Shown: positions 9,047 to 19,088, counted from the stretch's first letter. The stretch is DNA of 60,512 bases from a virus (IMGVR_UViG_3300044953_000572:1-60512); one strand, 5' to 3'. The notes: generated by a model from the sequence alone, not told the origin. Numbers and translations: made by a program.

Positions 9047-10013
9047 GCTGCGCCTCTTTCTTTGATTGAATAGGAATGGGTTCTTTAAAAACGATGTCAA
9101 CTCTCGGCCGGATTTGTAGTCTAGTGCCAGCCTTAATATAAATAACTGGTTTTAAACTGATATTCTTTTGAATAACATCTGCTGTCACTTGACCGATATT
9201 GTTTGAAAAGGTGGTCTGAGCATTCCCTCGCCAAGCAGGCGCATTGGGATTTACGCCACTTTGCGCTAAAGCGGATATGCCTGACATGATAAAAGCGCCC
9301 GCGTAAGTTTCAAACGTTCGGTTATCCACTTCACCCGTTAAACCCGTACGTCCCATCTGGTCAGCGACAATCGCATCCGTCAGTGAAACGCTGACTCCGT
9401 CTGGCCTAATCGCTCTGGTACAAGTCATGGGTAATCGGGTCTGTCCGTGCTGTTCAATGCCTTTATATTCACAAACAATCTTCGTGAACACCGGTAGCAA
9501 AATAAATTTATTATTTGGACTAAATACTGGCTTATCCACTATTGCTATCGCAACGCCTGGAATTTGAGAATTGATATCGTCATCCAACACAGCATTAATA
9601 CGCATATCTGTAGTAAGCGTTCTTGAGCGGTCAACTGGTAGTGTGGATAAATCTTGCGGAAGAGGGGAGTAATCTTTATCAGTGAGCTGGTATGTAACTG
9701 ATTCATTAGGTTTTTTACTATTTTCAAACAAAGCAACGTGCGCAGCCTTGCGCTCATCTCGCAATTGTGCCGAAATTTTAGATAGTACTATATCTTGGTT
9801 TTTCTTCTCGGCTTGCTGGCTCTCTTCCTCAGCTGGCACTTCTACTTCAATAATTTTAGGCTGTTCTACAACTTTCGGTTTCTCTTTATAACCAATCTCA
9901 GCGGGAAATGATATAGGCTCACGTTTAACGGGTTCTTTGGTCTCCGACTTATCCTCGCAACCCGTCAATAACAGTAATAACGATAATAATGGTAATAACG
10001 TTATCCTGGCCAT
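9027..10013 (-). CDS. virB10: VirB10/TrbI core complex protein with N-terminal lipobox
   Basis: INAVLDDDINSQIPG, DQMGRTGLTGEVDN, KPVIYIKAGTRL; N-terminus LLLLTGC. Confidence 0.9.
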   Translation of the reverse strand: MARITLLPLLSLLLLLTGCEDKSETKEPVKREPISFPAEIGYKEKPKVVEQPKIIEVEVPAEEESQQAEKKNQDIVLSKISAQLRDERKAAHVALFENSKKPNESVTYQLTDKDYSPLPQDLSTLPVDRSRTLTTDMRINAVLDDDINSQIPGVAIAIVDKPVFSPNNKFILLPVFTKIVCEYKGIEQHGQTRLPMTCTRAIRPDGVSVSLTDAIVADQMGRTGLTGEVDNRTFETYAGAFIMSGISALAQSGVNPNAPAWRGNAQTTFSNNIGQVTADVIQKNISLKPVIYIKAGTRLQIRPRVDIVFKEPIPIQSKKEAQHEKVSD

Positions 10014-10189
10014 TTTCCATCTCGTATTCTTAAAGTAATTAACATGCTCGCGTTAGCGATAAGCACCCAGGTAATAATTTCTAATATCCAAAAGAACACG
10101 TCTGGCAAATTAAAAGCATTTTGGACTTTAAAAATAATCAACAATAAAAACAGTTGAATAACCACCACATCAGCGGAACTCTTAATCAC
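10001..10189 (-). CDS. Small two-TM membrane protein
   Basis: Hydrophobic 62 aa ORF overlapping both neighbours in the operon. Confidence 0.55.
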   Translation of the reverse strand: MIKSSADVVVIQLFLLLIIFKVQNAFNLPDVFFWILEIITWVLIANASMLITLRIRDGKWPG

Positions 10190-11076
10190 GCGCGCCTCAC
10201 TCTGGTTTTAGTTGGATATACGCAAGTTATCTTATCACCACTTTTCAAAACGAAAGAACCAGCTCCATGCGCCACTAATCTATTACCATCCAATGTGACA
10301 TTAATAGCCTTTTGATAACCATCCACCACGCTAAAGAACGTTGGCAAATTACGCTCGTCTAAATTATCCCCATAATCAAACCAAGTTCTTACGCCATCGG
10401 AATACACTAAATCAGGGGCTATTTGCTCATCCCCAGACATTGAGAATTTAAAATCTAGTTTAGAAGAATCAAAATAAGCTTCCTCTAAATAGTCCTCTTT
10501 TTCTTGTTCTACTTTATGGGATTGTTTTGTTTGTTTTGATTGTGCTTGCTTAGCGTATGCGTACACGGGTTCTGGTACTTGCATACGAACTGTGATGTCA
10601 CTAATATTCTTGGAGTTGTGGCCTTCCACACGAACGTAAAAGCCATAAACATGCCCGCTCTCGCCAATTACAGTTATGCTGGTGTCTATCCCCACGTAAT
10701 TAGTCGGTCTAATCGTTAAAATATTGTCTTTAATCGTTCTGGTCTCGTAATTCCCCTCATCTCCAATAATCACTTCCTCGATTCGCTCCCATTGCGGAAA
10801 GACAATCGTAGTAGTCATATACTCACGCACAACTAATCTAACCGTATCCCTAGGGTCAAAGTTAACGATTCTTACGCCAGAGCCATACTCAGCGTGTTCC
10901 CAGGCTTTTTGCATAGACGCTAAAGGCACTGATGATTCACGCTGTAAAGCGGGATAATCGCCTTCAGCTTGCTGTGATACTTCCTTATGTGCGAGCGAGT
11001 CATCCACAGGCTGGTCAGCCATAGCGGAAACGCTTAAGCAGATAATCAACACTAAGCTTAAAATCTTTTTAATCAT
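10186..11076 (-). CDS. virB9: VirB9/TrbG core complex protein
   Basis: Signal peptide; TTIVFPQWERI, IAPDLVYSDGVRTWFDY, LPTFF. Confidence 0.9.
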   Translation of the reverse strand: MIKKILSLVLIICLSVSAMADQPVDDSLAHKEVSQQAEGDYPALQRESSVPLASMQKAWEHAEYGSGVRIVNFDPRDTVRLVVREYMTTTIVFPQWERIEEVIIGDEGNYETRTIKDNILTIRPTNYVGIDTSITVIGESGHVYGFYVRVEGHNSKNISDITVRMQVPEPVYAYAKQAQSKQTKQSHKVEQEKEDYLEEAYFDSSKLDFKFSMSGDEQIAPDLVYSDGVRTWFDYGDNLDERNLPTFFSVVDGYQKAINVTLDGNRLVAHGAGSFVLKSGDKITCVYPTKTRVRRA

Positions 11077-11725
11077 GCAATACCCTCATCTTATATTGAA
11101 TAACTGTAAACCCAATTGGGTTAATATCGTCCTCGCCAGCAAATAACTTACGCTCTCTCGCTTCCGCCGTAATTACCGAAACGCAGTTGATGAATCGCTG
11201 AGAGCCGTCCTTCTCAGTCTCAGCCAACATCCAGTTCACTTGCCACATGCTAGGGGCTGTTGGCGCAAGGCTAATCACCTGCTTAACGCTGACCGAACGA
11301 GTGACGTTATTTTCTTTTAATTTCTTAGCGTCCGAGTTTTGGTTCTCAACGTTTAAAAAGTTCTCCAAGTACTCAATTACGCTAGGGTCGTCGACCATCG
11401 TATATAACCGCTTTAATCTCACCGCTTCCGTCTGTCCATCGAAAGTATGCAAATCTACGATAAATTCACGGCATTTAATCTCAATAAGCTTTTTCATGCT
11501 CTCAGTATTAACCTCTAAAGGTTCCACCTTTACCACTTGAGAATCTTTGTTGTAAGCGCTTACCAAGAATGGCTTTAGCTCTTTTAACGGCATGAGATAA
11601 AGAAAAGCGGTGCACATTATTAGAAAAGCGCAGCTCATGATTAAAAACCCAAGCCCCAACATCCTAGACGCGAACCAAGAGGAGTAAAAAGGTTTGTTTA
11701 GGCGATCAATCTCGTTTTTATCCAT
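11069..11725 (-). CDS. virB8: VirB8 family protein
   Basis: Single TM followed by LMPLKELKPFLV; C-terminal NPIGFTVIQY. Confidence 0.85.
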   Translation of the reverse strand: MDKNEIDRLNKPFYSSWFASRMLGLGFLIMSCAFLIMCTAFLYLMPLKELKPFLVSAYNKDSQVVKVEPLEVNTESMKKLIEIKCREFIVDLHTFDGQTEAVRLKRLYTMVDDPSVIEYLENFLNVENQNSDAKKLKENNVTRSVSVKQVISLAPTAPSMWQVNWMLAETEKDGSQRFINCVSVITAEARERKLFAGEDDINPIGFTVIQYKMRVLHD

Positions 11726-11939
11726 TTGCAACCTTATAAATAATATAGAAATGACAACTTAATAGAAATAACGTGAATAGAATCCATTTTTTAATCTTTG
11801 CATTGCTCAAGACTTTTAATAACGCCGAAAAAAGACTTTGCTCTATTTCTAAAAGATGCTTACCAATATAAAATAACAAACAACAAAGATTTAAAGATAA
11901 AGCCAAAGCAAACGCCTTTATGAAAGCAGTCTCGCTCAT
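11718..11939 (-). CDS. Small membrane protein
   Basis: ATG at 11939 in a TAATG overlap; two hydrophobic segments. Confidence 0.5.
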   Translation of the reverse strand: MSETAFIKAFALALSLNLCCLLFYIGKHLLEIEQSLFSALLKVLSNAKIKKWILFTLFLLSCHFYIIYKVANG

Positions 11940-12088
11940 TAAACCCTCTTCCCATTCACATAAAACGGCGCTTTCTTGCACACCTCACACGGACTTTTCA
12001 CCAGCTCATCACCAGGCTTTTTAAATACCTTGGCACAACCTGTTAAAGAAGCGAACATCAAGAAAGTTAAACAAATTTTCACGCACAT
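11939..12088 (-). CDS. Small lipoprotein, VirB7-like or entry-exclusion candidate (internal start in ORF 11939-12304)
   Basis: AAGGTG RBS then MCVKICLTFLMFASLTGC lipobox, 49 aa, SPC motif, between virB6 and virB8. Confidence 0.55.
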   Translation of the reverse strand: MCVKICLTFLMFASLTGCAKVFKKPGDELVKSPCEVCKKAPFYVNGKRV

Positions 12089-12306
12089 ATTTTTCACCTT
12101 ATCTTTATAGACCTTTCTGGCGAACCTAAAGCAACCACGCATTGAATAGAAAAAAGCAAGCGAGCACGCCCACATAAAATAACAAAGCTCATAAACAATC
12201 GTGGCTAGACCAATCACAAAACCAAGTATAAAATGAGCCACCCTCAATATCAGGCATACGGCAAAAACGTCAAAAGCAATTCTAAAATAGTCAATTGATT
12301 CCATAA

Positions 12307-13314
12307 CTAATCCCCTCTAAATTTAGATAAGAAGCTACTTACCACCTTTGAAGTCGCTTTATATGCGGAAGACCCAGTCAGCTTCGCCACGTTCGCAAAC
12401 AGATTGCCACTTTTTTTCATGGTGAGACCAGCAAGACCCGCTATAGAAGCACCAGCGAGGCCAGAAATGAGTGAACTGCTTTGAGAGCCTGAAATGGCAA
12501 ACGCCATTTCTTGAGCAACCATTAAATAATAGATTGAAACCGCAGCGACTATAGATAACCCGCTAAATGCTTTAAAAACGTCAGCCTCGGTAATAGTGGC
12601 TACGTTCATGCTCGCTTCAAACTGGCACAATGAAAACATAATAAGCGACAAACAAAACGAGGAGATAACGATGGTTAGCGATGCGCCTAAAACGTTTCTT
12701 AATGCGCCAACCGCGTAACCTCTGGTCTGCTCAAAGGCAAAACAGACCATTAACAAAGGGGATAAAGCCCATAATACCGACAGCCTCAGCAAATAAGTTG
12801 AAACATGAAACGCGTATATCCCTTCACAAGCGATAAACGCCAGATATACGACAAAACCAAAAATCCCAGCTTCAACAAAAGCGGCAAATCCCGCTTTTTG
12901 TTTAATTTCCAAAGACATCTCTAAAAATCTACTACATTTATCCTCTATTTTGTCTAAAGCATCTTTAGAATTTGCTATACCACTAGAACCCTTATTGCCA
13001 ATAGATAATATTTTACAAACTATGGTGTCGGTGGTTTTTTTAATTGGCACACAAATAAAATTTTTAAAAACACCGCTACCCGTACTTATCATAAAACCCA
13101 CGACGGTAAAAAAAACCATCTTCTTCCCAAGTTCTATAAAATCAATATCGCCCTTAACCAATCCATCATAAATCTTATACGCAACCCAAATACTTACGAA
13201 GCAGCCAAAGATGGTCGAGGAAAAGCCACTTAAACTTCTCGCCCCAGTTTCCGCAAACTGCTCAATGACTTTTTCTATAGGATCTATTAAGAGCTTTCTT
13301 AAACTAATAATCAT
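12307..13314 (-). CDS. virB6: VirB6/TrbL polytopic membrane protein
   Basis: Multiple TMs, LSPLLMVCFAFEQTR motif, position after virB5. Confidence 0.85.
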   Translation of the reverse strand: MIISLRKLLIDPIEKVIEQFAETGARSLSGFSSTIFGCFVSIWVAYKIYDGLVKGDIDFIELGKKMVFFTVVGFMISTGSGVFKNFICVPIKKTTDTIVCKILSIGNKGSSGIANSKDALDKIEDKCSRFLEMSLEIKQKAGFAAFVEAGIFGFVVYLAFIACEGIYAFHVSTYLLRLSVLWALSPLLMVCFAFEQTRGYAVGALRNVLGASLTIVISSFCLSLIMFSLCQFEASMNVATITEADVFKAFSGLSIVAAVSIYYLMVAQEMAFAISGSQSSSLISGLAGASIAGLAGLTMKKSGNLFANVAKLTGSSAYKATSKVVSSFLSKFRGD

Positions 13315-14051
13315 TTAAAACCCCTGGCTTTTGATGGGTCGTTTATCCTTGAGGTTCCCTCAAAGCGGGCGAAAAATGATGACAACAACTCTAGCTGCTG
13401 TGCTTGCAACTCTCTTAGCTGAATCAATTCCGCCACGGCGATACTTAAGAGTTCGTTATGGGATTTCATGGCATCCGCCGAACTGGAAGCGGTTACCGCC
13501 TTAGTTGTTGCATCGCTTAGTTTCTTCTTCGCCCCAACGATATTCGCCTTGCTTTCGTTTGATACGACCACACTCGTAGCCATGGAATTACGAACCAACT
13601 CTTGTCGCCTATACTGCATTTGCGCTGGGTTTTTATCGTCCTCGAACATTTGGGTTTTCACGTCATCTAACGCTTTCTTTGAGTTAAATGAAGAGACGTA
13701 ACCGAAAGTATCAGAAGCGTAGTTCTCAGGGTGTAGCTTATCTACACCCAACCATTTAAACGCTGAAAAATGGTCTGGGTCGAGATCATCAATCTTGTCA
13801 TAATACGTTTGCCAATTGAGAAGCGAGTTAGTTAGACTTTGTTTGTCTTCTTTAAAAGAGCCCATAATGGCTTTAGCTTGGGAAAGTTCGTTATGAACCC
13901 GCTTTGTTTCTTCTATATGCTTCTTTGTTTCTTGCAGCATCTTGACTAACTCGGCATAACTTACGGGGTCGTGCACTGGTTGTCCACCACAAAAACCAAT
14001 GCTTGGAGTTAGTGCTATTGTTATAGTTAAAACTTTAATTATTCGTCTCAT
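13311..14051 (-). CDS. virB5: VirB5/TrbJ-like minor pilin
   Basis: Signal peptide followed by GGQPVHDP motif and a helical Gln-rich body. Confidence 0.7.
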   Translation of the reverse strand: MRRIIKVLTITIALTPSIGFCGGQPVHDPVSYAELVKMLQETKKHIEETKRVHNELSQAKAIMGSFKEDKQSLTNSLLNWQTYYDKIDDLDPDHFSAFKWLGVDKLHPENYASDTFGYVSSFNSKKALDDVKTQMFEDDKNPAQMQYRRQELVRNSMATSVVVSNESKANIVGAKKKLSDATTKAVTASSSADAMKSHNELLSIAVAELIQLRELQAQQLELLSSFFARFEGTSRINDPSKARGFK

Positions 14052-14060
14052 GTCGCATCC

Positions 14061-14753
14061 TTAAAAACCAAAAGTTAAGCCAAAATTAATAGAATGGTTG
14101 CGCAACCTGCTATTTAAGGCTTTCATCTCTTTAATCGTTCCAAAGAACCTATAATCAGCCGTTAAAGCTAACTGTCCAGTCAAATTAATTTTTGTTCCCG
14201 CAATTAATTGATAAGCGGGCAATGTTTGCTTCATGTTCGCTTTAAATACGGGTAACGGGGAATAAACGCCATTTACATAGCCATACATCCCTGAGTGATA
14301 GAACGTATTTTTAATTTTAGCCATGCCAATACCAGCGCCAACATAAGGCGTTATCGCTTCGTCAAAATTAAAATCATAATATCCATTCAAAAAATAATTA
14401 TTGCTGGTAATCTTCCCCTGAAAATTATCAGACGGAAAATAATGTCCACCAACCTGCGTAAATTTTTTATAATCCGCTTTTAATACGCCTACGGCCAATT
14501 CAGTCCTCACATCACCAAGCTGATAACCTATTGCGCCATTAATACTCTTGGAACTCTTCAAATCCAGCTTTATAGAATTAACGTCAGTCGTATAAATTCC
14601 AGGAGATTTCAATAACAAAGGAAAATCCCTATTTGAACTGATGGTTGGTATTTTTCCAACACCGCCGCTCACGCTAATATACATGTTATCCGCATAAACA
14701 CCGCCAGAACTCAGCAAAGACGCAACCACTAAACCTTTAACAACGTTTTTCAT
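14061..14753 (-). CDS. Outer-membrane beta-barrel protein (opacity/OmpA-like)
   Basis: Signal peptide, NGYYDF, TPYVGAGIG, AYQLIAG, C-terminal FGF. Confidence 0.85.
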   Translation of the reverse strand: MKNVVKGLVVASLLSSGGVYADNMYISVSGGVGKIPTISSNRDFPLLLKSPGIYTTDVNSIKLDLKSSKSINGAIGYQLGDVRTELAVGVLKADYKKFTQVGGHYFPSDNFQGKITSNNYFLNGYYDFNFDEAITPYVGAGIGMAKIKNTFYHSGMYGYVNGVYSPLPVFKANMKQTLPAYQLIAGTKINLTGQLALTADYRFFGTIKEMKALNSRLRNHSINFGLTFGF

Positions 14754-14771
14754 AACAATTGCTCCACTTAA

Positions 14772-17174
14772 TTATAAACTTAAATAATGTGACACCCAAT
14801 CTTTCATGCCCCATTGCTGTTGCAACTCTCTCACAATCTTCAATGGCTCTGAACCAGAGATATAAATCTCTAACAATTTCCCTAGACATGACATATCAAT
14901 ATTTAAAATAACGGACTCACCAGGCTTCTTAACCAACACCGAGCGCTTAAGCTCTCGTGATATACGGCTAAAGCCCTTGATGTAATCCCATTCGAAATCC
15001 GTGAGTTCAAACTTTGCGTACGCTTCCTTGCTAGCTGAAGCGTTAGGAAATAAGAATCGTGTTTGGCATTGCTCTAATATCACCGAATTAACCGCGTTAA
15101 CATCTTGAAAACAAACGCTAACGGAACCTCTTAACCTACGGTGTTCCTTCAAAAGTACTCCAACGTTTCTAGAAAATACGGCATCTTCCATCATCGGCTG
15201 CGTCTCATCGATAAATATCATATGTGAAAACGCTTCTTTGCTCACGGCTCTTATTCTATGCATCAAATACGTAGTAACCGCAGCAGCGACATCGGGACGT
15301 TCTTGTATTTTTGTCATCTCAAATGCGGTTAATCGACTAGCATTTAAATCTAATGCGTCAAAAGCTATTTTGTTATATTGAGCATCTAACACATTTCCAT
15401 TGAACCAACGAGATAGCGAAGCATCCGAAGCCCATTTACGCAAGCCGTTTGAAAACATGGAGTCCTTACGAGCGATATCCTGAAAGCAATTAGCAAGTAT
15501 TCTTTGTTCTTTGGGTGTCGCTAATATTTGTTCAACCGCTAAGGACGCTTCTTCAACACTTTGGTCATCTTCGCACTTGGCGAGCATCTGCAGAAACATT
15601 TGCAAAAACGCTCTGTTATCATCCGTACTTTCACAAAAGAACGGATTTAATGCAACTATACCATCACTAAAGTCTACATAATTGCCACTTACCGCTTGCG
15701 TGAATATCTTTGTGCCGTTCAATCGGTCAAATATAAACGTTCGCAAATTTTGATGCCTCAACGCGCCACCAACTAAATGCTCAAACAGAGTGGTTTTACC
15801 ACTGCCAGAAGGGGCTACTACGACCGAATGAGCTAACGCTCTTTTTTCTTCATTAATATGCAGCTGCAAAGCATAGGCTGAGCCAGACACAGTCTTAAAA
15901 TACCTTAACGCACCATTTCCCCAGTCGCATTTATCTAACCCAGTAGGTTCTGACTCAAAATTAATTAGATAAGCCAGATTCTTAGACATGGGGTTAGTTT
16001 TTCTAACCATCGCATCAGCTCCTGGAAACATGCACCGCCATACCCATTCCTTAGCGTCCGTTTCAACGATGGGCGTTTTCCCATACCCAATTAATATGCG
16101 CTTTATTTGGCCAATAGATTCTTCAACTTCTTCCTCGGTATTGCCAAGAGCCAGTATAGAAAGCTGATAACCATACAAGCTCGACTCGTTATTTTGCACG
16201 ATTTCCATAGCCGCTTGATATTCGCCTTCCACTTGCCCGTTGGGAATAGGAATTTGCTTTTGTCTTCTTTGATACTCGAGAGAAGCTAAGGACTTTACTT
16301 TTCCTGCGCTATTGAACATCTGCAAAATAATCATTCTAATAGGCAATGACTGTAGTTCCTTTAACATATGAGCACTAACGACATTGTTCCATTTGTTTAA
16401 AGAAATTATCTTTCCAAAAGACTTCTCGTACTTAATCAAATCCGACCCATGAACAAAACGAAGGTGCGTTCCTAAATATTGCGCCACGTCATGCGTCTGC
16501 GGTCTGAGGGTTATTTTTTCCTCGCTGGCGATTTCATGAAGAAGAGACATTAAGTCGCTCCACTCGTTCATGCTCGCCGTCTCGCCATTTTTAACGAGCT
16601 CTAAATTAAAGTCCACTAAAGTATCTTGGCATAGAGTCGCCAACTCTTTTAAAAGCCCAATATTAGCAATAGGAGCGTCTTTTTTAAGTATATTTTTATT
16701 CTTAGGATATACTGTTAAAACAAGATAATGCGTATTATGGTAAGTTTTCTTAAAGTCTTCCATCCAAGCGTTGTGAATATCTTTTAAAATCTCTGGCACA
16801 TCACCAGGTTCTAGGTTTTGTTGTTGTTCTCTTCTAATGGTGAGTATTTTAAAAGTTGCCCCATGCTCAGCCATCTTATCTAGCCAGAATTGTTTTTTAA
16901 CGATTAAAGCTTCTACCTCTTGCGAAGTCTTAGCGCCCGCATCGTGGCCATTAATCTTAAATATCTGAGAACATGCGCCATCCGTGCCTAGTATTATATT
17001 TTTGTAAATAGCGTGAAATGGCAGCACATCCCCTAAACAAGTGATTTGAGGGTCAGGAAACGCCCATTTAGTTATCTTCGAACATAACAACATACTACCC
17101 ACCCAACACAACAAGAATAACGTTGCCGAAGTCGCTAGCACCTTCGCTGCAAATAGCCACCAATTAACTTCCAT
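14772..17174 (-). CDS. virB4: VirB4 ATPase
   Basis: 800 aa; HSVVVAPSGSGKTT, LNPF, IFIDE, FPN motifs. Confidence 0.92.
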   Translation of the reverse strand: MEVNWWLFAAKVLATSATLFLLCWVGSMLLCSKITKWAFPDPQITCLGDVLPFHAIYKNIILGTDGACSQIFKINGHDAGAKTSQEVEALIVKKQFWLDKMAEHGATFKILTIRREQQQNLEPGDVPEILKDIHNAWMEDFKKTYHNTHYLVLTVYPKNKNILKKDAPIANIGLLKELATLCQDTLVDFNLELVKNGETASMNEWSDLMSLLHEIASEEKITLRPQTHDVAQYLGTHLRFVHGSDLIKYEKSFGKIISLNKWNNVVSAHMLKELQSLPIRMIILQMFNSAGKVKSLASLEYQRRQKQIPIPNGQVEGEYQAAMEIVQNNESSLYGYQLSILALGNTEEEVEESIGQIKRILIGYGKTPIVETDAKEWVWRCMFPGADAMVRKTNPMSKNLAYLINFESEPTGLDKCDWGNGALRYFKTVSGSAYALQLHINEEKRALAHSVVVAPSGSGKTTLFEHLVGGALRHQNLRTFIFDRLNGTKIFTQAVSGNYVDFSDGIVALNPFFCESTDDNRAFLQMFLQMLAKCEDDQSVEEASLAVEQILATPKEQRILANCFQDIARKDSMFSNGLRKWASDASLSRWFNGNVLDAQYNKIAFDALDLNASRLTAFEMTKIQERPDVAAAVTTYLMHRIRAVSKEAFSHMIFIDETQPMMEDAVFSRNVGVLLKEHRRLRGSVSVCFQDVNAVNSVILEQCQTRFLFPNASASKEAYAKFELTDFEWDYIKGFSRISRELKRSVLVKKPGESVILNIDMSCLGKLLEIYISGSEPLKIVRELQQQWGMKDWVSHYLSL

Positions 17175-17475
17175 ATACGTTGTCCTTAGTCTTAAATATG
17201 TTTTTAGTTTTGCGACATCTCAGCCTAGCCATAATTACGTTAATGAAATACGGGTCTTTATAAGTCTTAAAAGCCATCCATGCTTGGACTGGAAAAAACA
17301 CGAACACGCAAATCAAAAAATAAACTATCGCATCAGGGTCAAACGCTAGATAAGCGAATAGGGTAGCTAAAAGCCAAACCGCTATCGATATCATCGTGCC
17401 TTGGTATGAAGCACACAAGAAAACGGGTGGCGAACACACGTTAGCAAGCACGAATGATTTTGATTTATCGCTCAT
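17164..17475 (-). CDS. virB3: VirB3-like protein
   Basis: Two TMs, KDPYF motif, between pilin and virB4. Confidence 0.75.
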   Translation of the reverse strand: MSDKSKSFVLANVCSPPVFLCASYQGTMISIAVWLLATLFAYLAFDPDAIVYFLICVFVFFPVQAWMAFKTYKDPYFINVIMARLRCRKTKNIFKTKDNVYGS

Positions 17476-17843
17476 TAAAAAGACATCCCACCAAAGAACT
17501 TAACGAAACCGCCAAGCGCAGCCAGCATCGCGCCACCAACTATCAGAGAAACGCCCAATCTATAATTAGGCTCTCCTCTAGCGATAGTGATAATTAACCA
17601 AACCGCCCCGATACTCGCTACACATCCCGCTAACACCTTCAACAATTTAGCAATCGTCATTAATTTAGTCTTCAATTCATTTTGCAATCCTGTCAGCCCA
17701 TCGGCATAAACATCAGGTGCGACAAACCCAATCGCTATTCCCGCCAATGTCAGAACCAAATCAGGATTACGCTTAACGAAAGCGACAACCTTATTCTCTC
17801 GCTTTAAATTAAACATCATAAAAGCCTTTTTAGTCGCGAACAT
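17475..17843 (-). CDS. virB2: VirB2/TrbC pilin
   Basis: Long signal peptide ending PDVYA, then two hydrophobic helices; first gene of the virB block. Confidence 0.75.
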   Translation of the reverse strand: MFATKKAFMMFNLKRENKVVAFVKRNPDLVLTLAGIAIGFVAPDVYADGLTGLQNELKTKLMTIAKLLKVLAGCVASIGAVWLIITIARGEPNYRLGVSLIVGGAMLAALGGFVKFFGGMSF

Positions 17844-17852
17844 ACTTACACC

Positions 17853-18089
17853 TCATAAGTCAATAATTTCTACCACTTCGCTAATATCAGATAACCAGCG
17901 TTCTTGTTTTTTTAACTCATCAACTCTTTCTTTGGCGGCATCCAAACTCACATAAGTCACGCTCTCTTCCACACGACCTGGAAAGCTCCAATCTTCACCT
18001 AGATTTGGATTACTTCGTTGAATTGCGTAATTACCAGCTTTCACCTTAACTATTCTAAAAATATCGCCTGCTTTAATTTTTAAACCCAT
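17853..18089 (-). CDS. Hypothetical phage-like protein
   Basis: 78 aa ORF with GAGG RBS in the packed operon. Confidence 0.6.
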   Translation of the reverse strand: MGLKIKAGDIFRIVKVKAGNYAIQRSNPNLGEDWSFPGRVEESVTYVSLDAAKERVDELKKQERWLSDISEVVEIIDL

Positions 18090-18098
18090 AAAAAATCC

Positions 18099-18197
18099 TC
18101 AAAACCTAACCACAAACATCGTTACGACAGTGAACACCATCAAAGCCATAACGCCATACGCTAAAAACTCGTTGAACACTTTTTTAATCGCTAGCAT
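18099..18197 (-). CDS. Small single-TM protein, 32 aa (missed by ORF track)
   Basis: MLAIKKVFNEFLAYGVMALMVFTVVTMFVVRF, fills a gap in the operon. Confidence 0.4.
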   Translation of the reverse strand: MLAIKKVFNEFLAYGVMALMVFTVVTMFVVRF

Positions 18198-18381
18198 TTT
18201 CTTCTTCCTCTTCTTCCACTAGCAAATCCTTAAGCTTTTCAATTTCTTCCCATATCCCTTCTTGTTCAGCCTCTAACATCCCGATTTCAGAATAATATTC
18301 AGACACCTTCTCGCCAATCTCTTCGGATTTTTCCTCTAGTTCTTTTATTCTTTCTAGAATTTCTTCATTTTTGTTCATCAC
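18184..18381 (-). CDS. Very acidic coiled-coil protein
   Basis: 65 aa, Glu-rich heptads. Confidence 0.6.
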   Translation of the reverse strand: MMNKNEEILERIKELEEKSEEIGEKVSEYYSEIGMLEAEQEGIWEEIEKLKDLLVEEEEEENASD

Positions 18382-18554
18382 GCCACCTTCCTTTCCGCAT
18401 CTCGCATCACCAACATCGCCAGCCTCAAAAACTCAGCGGCCTCACCGATGTGAAACTGCCCAGATGTCTTCTTCTCGGTTCGCAATTCTTGATACACGCA
18501 CTCCAAATCCGCATGGATTTTTGATACCTTGCGTATTAAATTAGTCGTTAGCAT
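18378..18554 (-). CDS. Hypothetical protein, 58 aa (missed by ORF track)
   Basis: MLTTNLIRKVSKIHADLECVYQELRTEKK...; overlaps the upstream stop (TGATG) and the downstream start. Confidence 0.6.
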   Translation of the reverse strand: MLTTNLIRKVSKIHADLECVYQELRTEKKTSGQFHIGEAAEFLRLAMLVMRDAERKVA

Positions 18555-18832
18555 CACGCAACTCTCCTTCTTGCTATTATCTCCCTATAATTAATCTCAT
18601 AAACCACTTCATCAGTCTCGATATCCAATATTCGCAACCCGCCAATCAAATCTGGATTCAATCCATTTAACAAATCGCAATCCAAGAAGTTCAACGCATC
18701 AGTAGCGCTCGAAAACCTAGCCGTCTCTTGCCAATATCCCTCAAAGTCCTCATCATCATAAAAAAGCTCTACCAAATACTTATTCGTTAAGTTCTCTTTT
18801 TTAGCAAATTCATTCAATTTATCAAGCAACAT
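18554..18832 (-). CDS. Acidic hypothetical protein
   Basis: 92 aa, AAGGAG RBS, coupled to neighbours. Confidence 0.6.
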   Translation of the reverse strand: MLLDKLNEFAKKENLTNKYLVELFYDDEDFEGYWQETARFSSATDALNFLDCDLLNGLNPDLIGGLRILDIETDEVVYEINYREIIARRRVA

Positions 18833-19088
18833 CTCTCATCTCCTTATCGCATTCACCTTTAGCAACTCGTTCAGCCTTAAGCTGAATCGAATACAAATGA
18901 CTCCTCAAAGCATCTATCTTGTTCAGCATGTTCATCGCAAAGCCCATGCCTTGAACTCTATCGCCATCTTGTGCAATTTCAACGAACACATCACTACCAA
19001 GCCTTGAGGCCATGCCACATTCCAAGCTAATTGTGTCAAACACGTTGCGAATGAATTTAATCTCTGAAAGCATTTCTTGATTATGCAT
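18822..19088 (-). CDS. Hypothetical protein
   Basis: 88 aa, AAGGAG RBS, overlaps the Sak4 stop. Confidence 0.6.
   Translation of the reverse strand: MHNQEMLSEIKFIRNVFDTISLECGMASRLGSDVFVEIAQDGDRVQGMGFAMNMLNKIDALRSHLYSIQLKAERVAKGECDKEMRDVA

Noticed and set aside
4174-17843. T4SS as a host effector-secretion system
   Set aside because: Linkage to a MOBQ relaxase, oriT-like site, TA pair and partition genes points to conjugation, though effector export cannot be excluded
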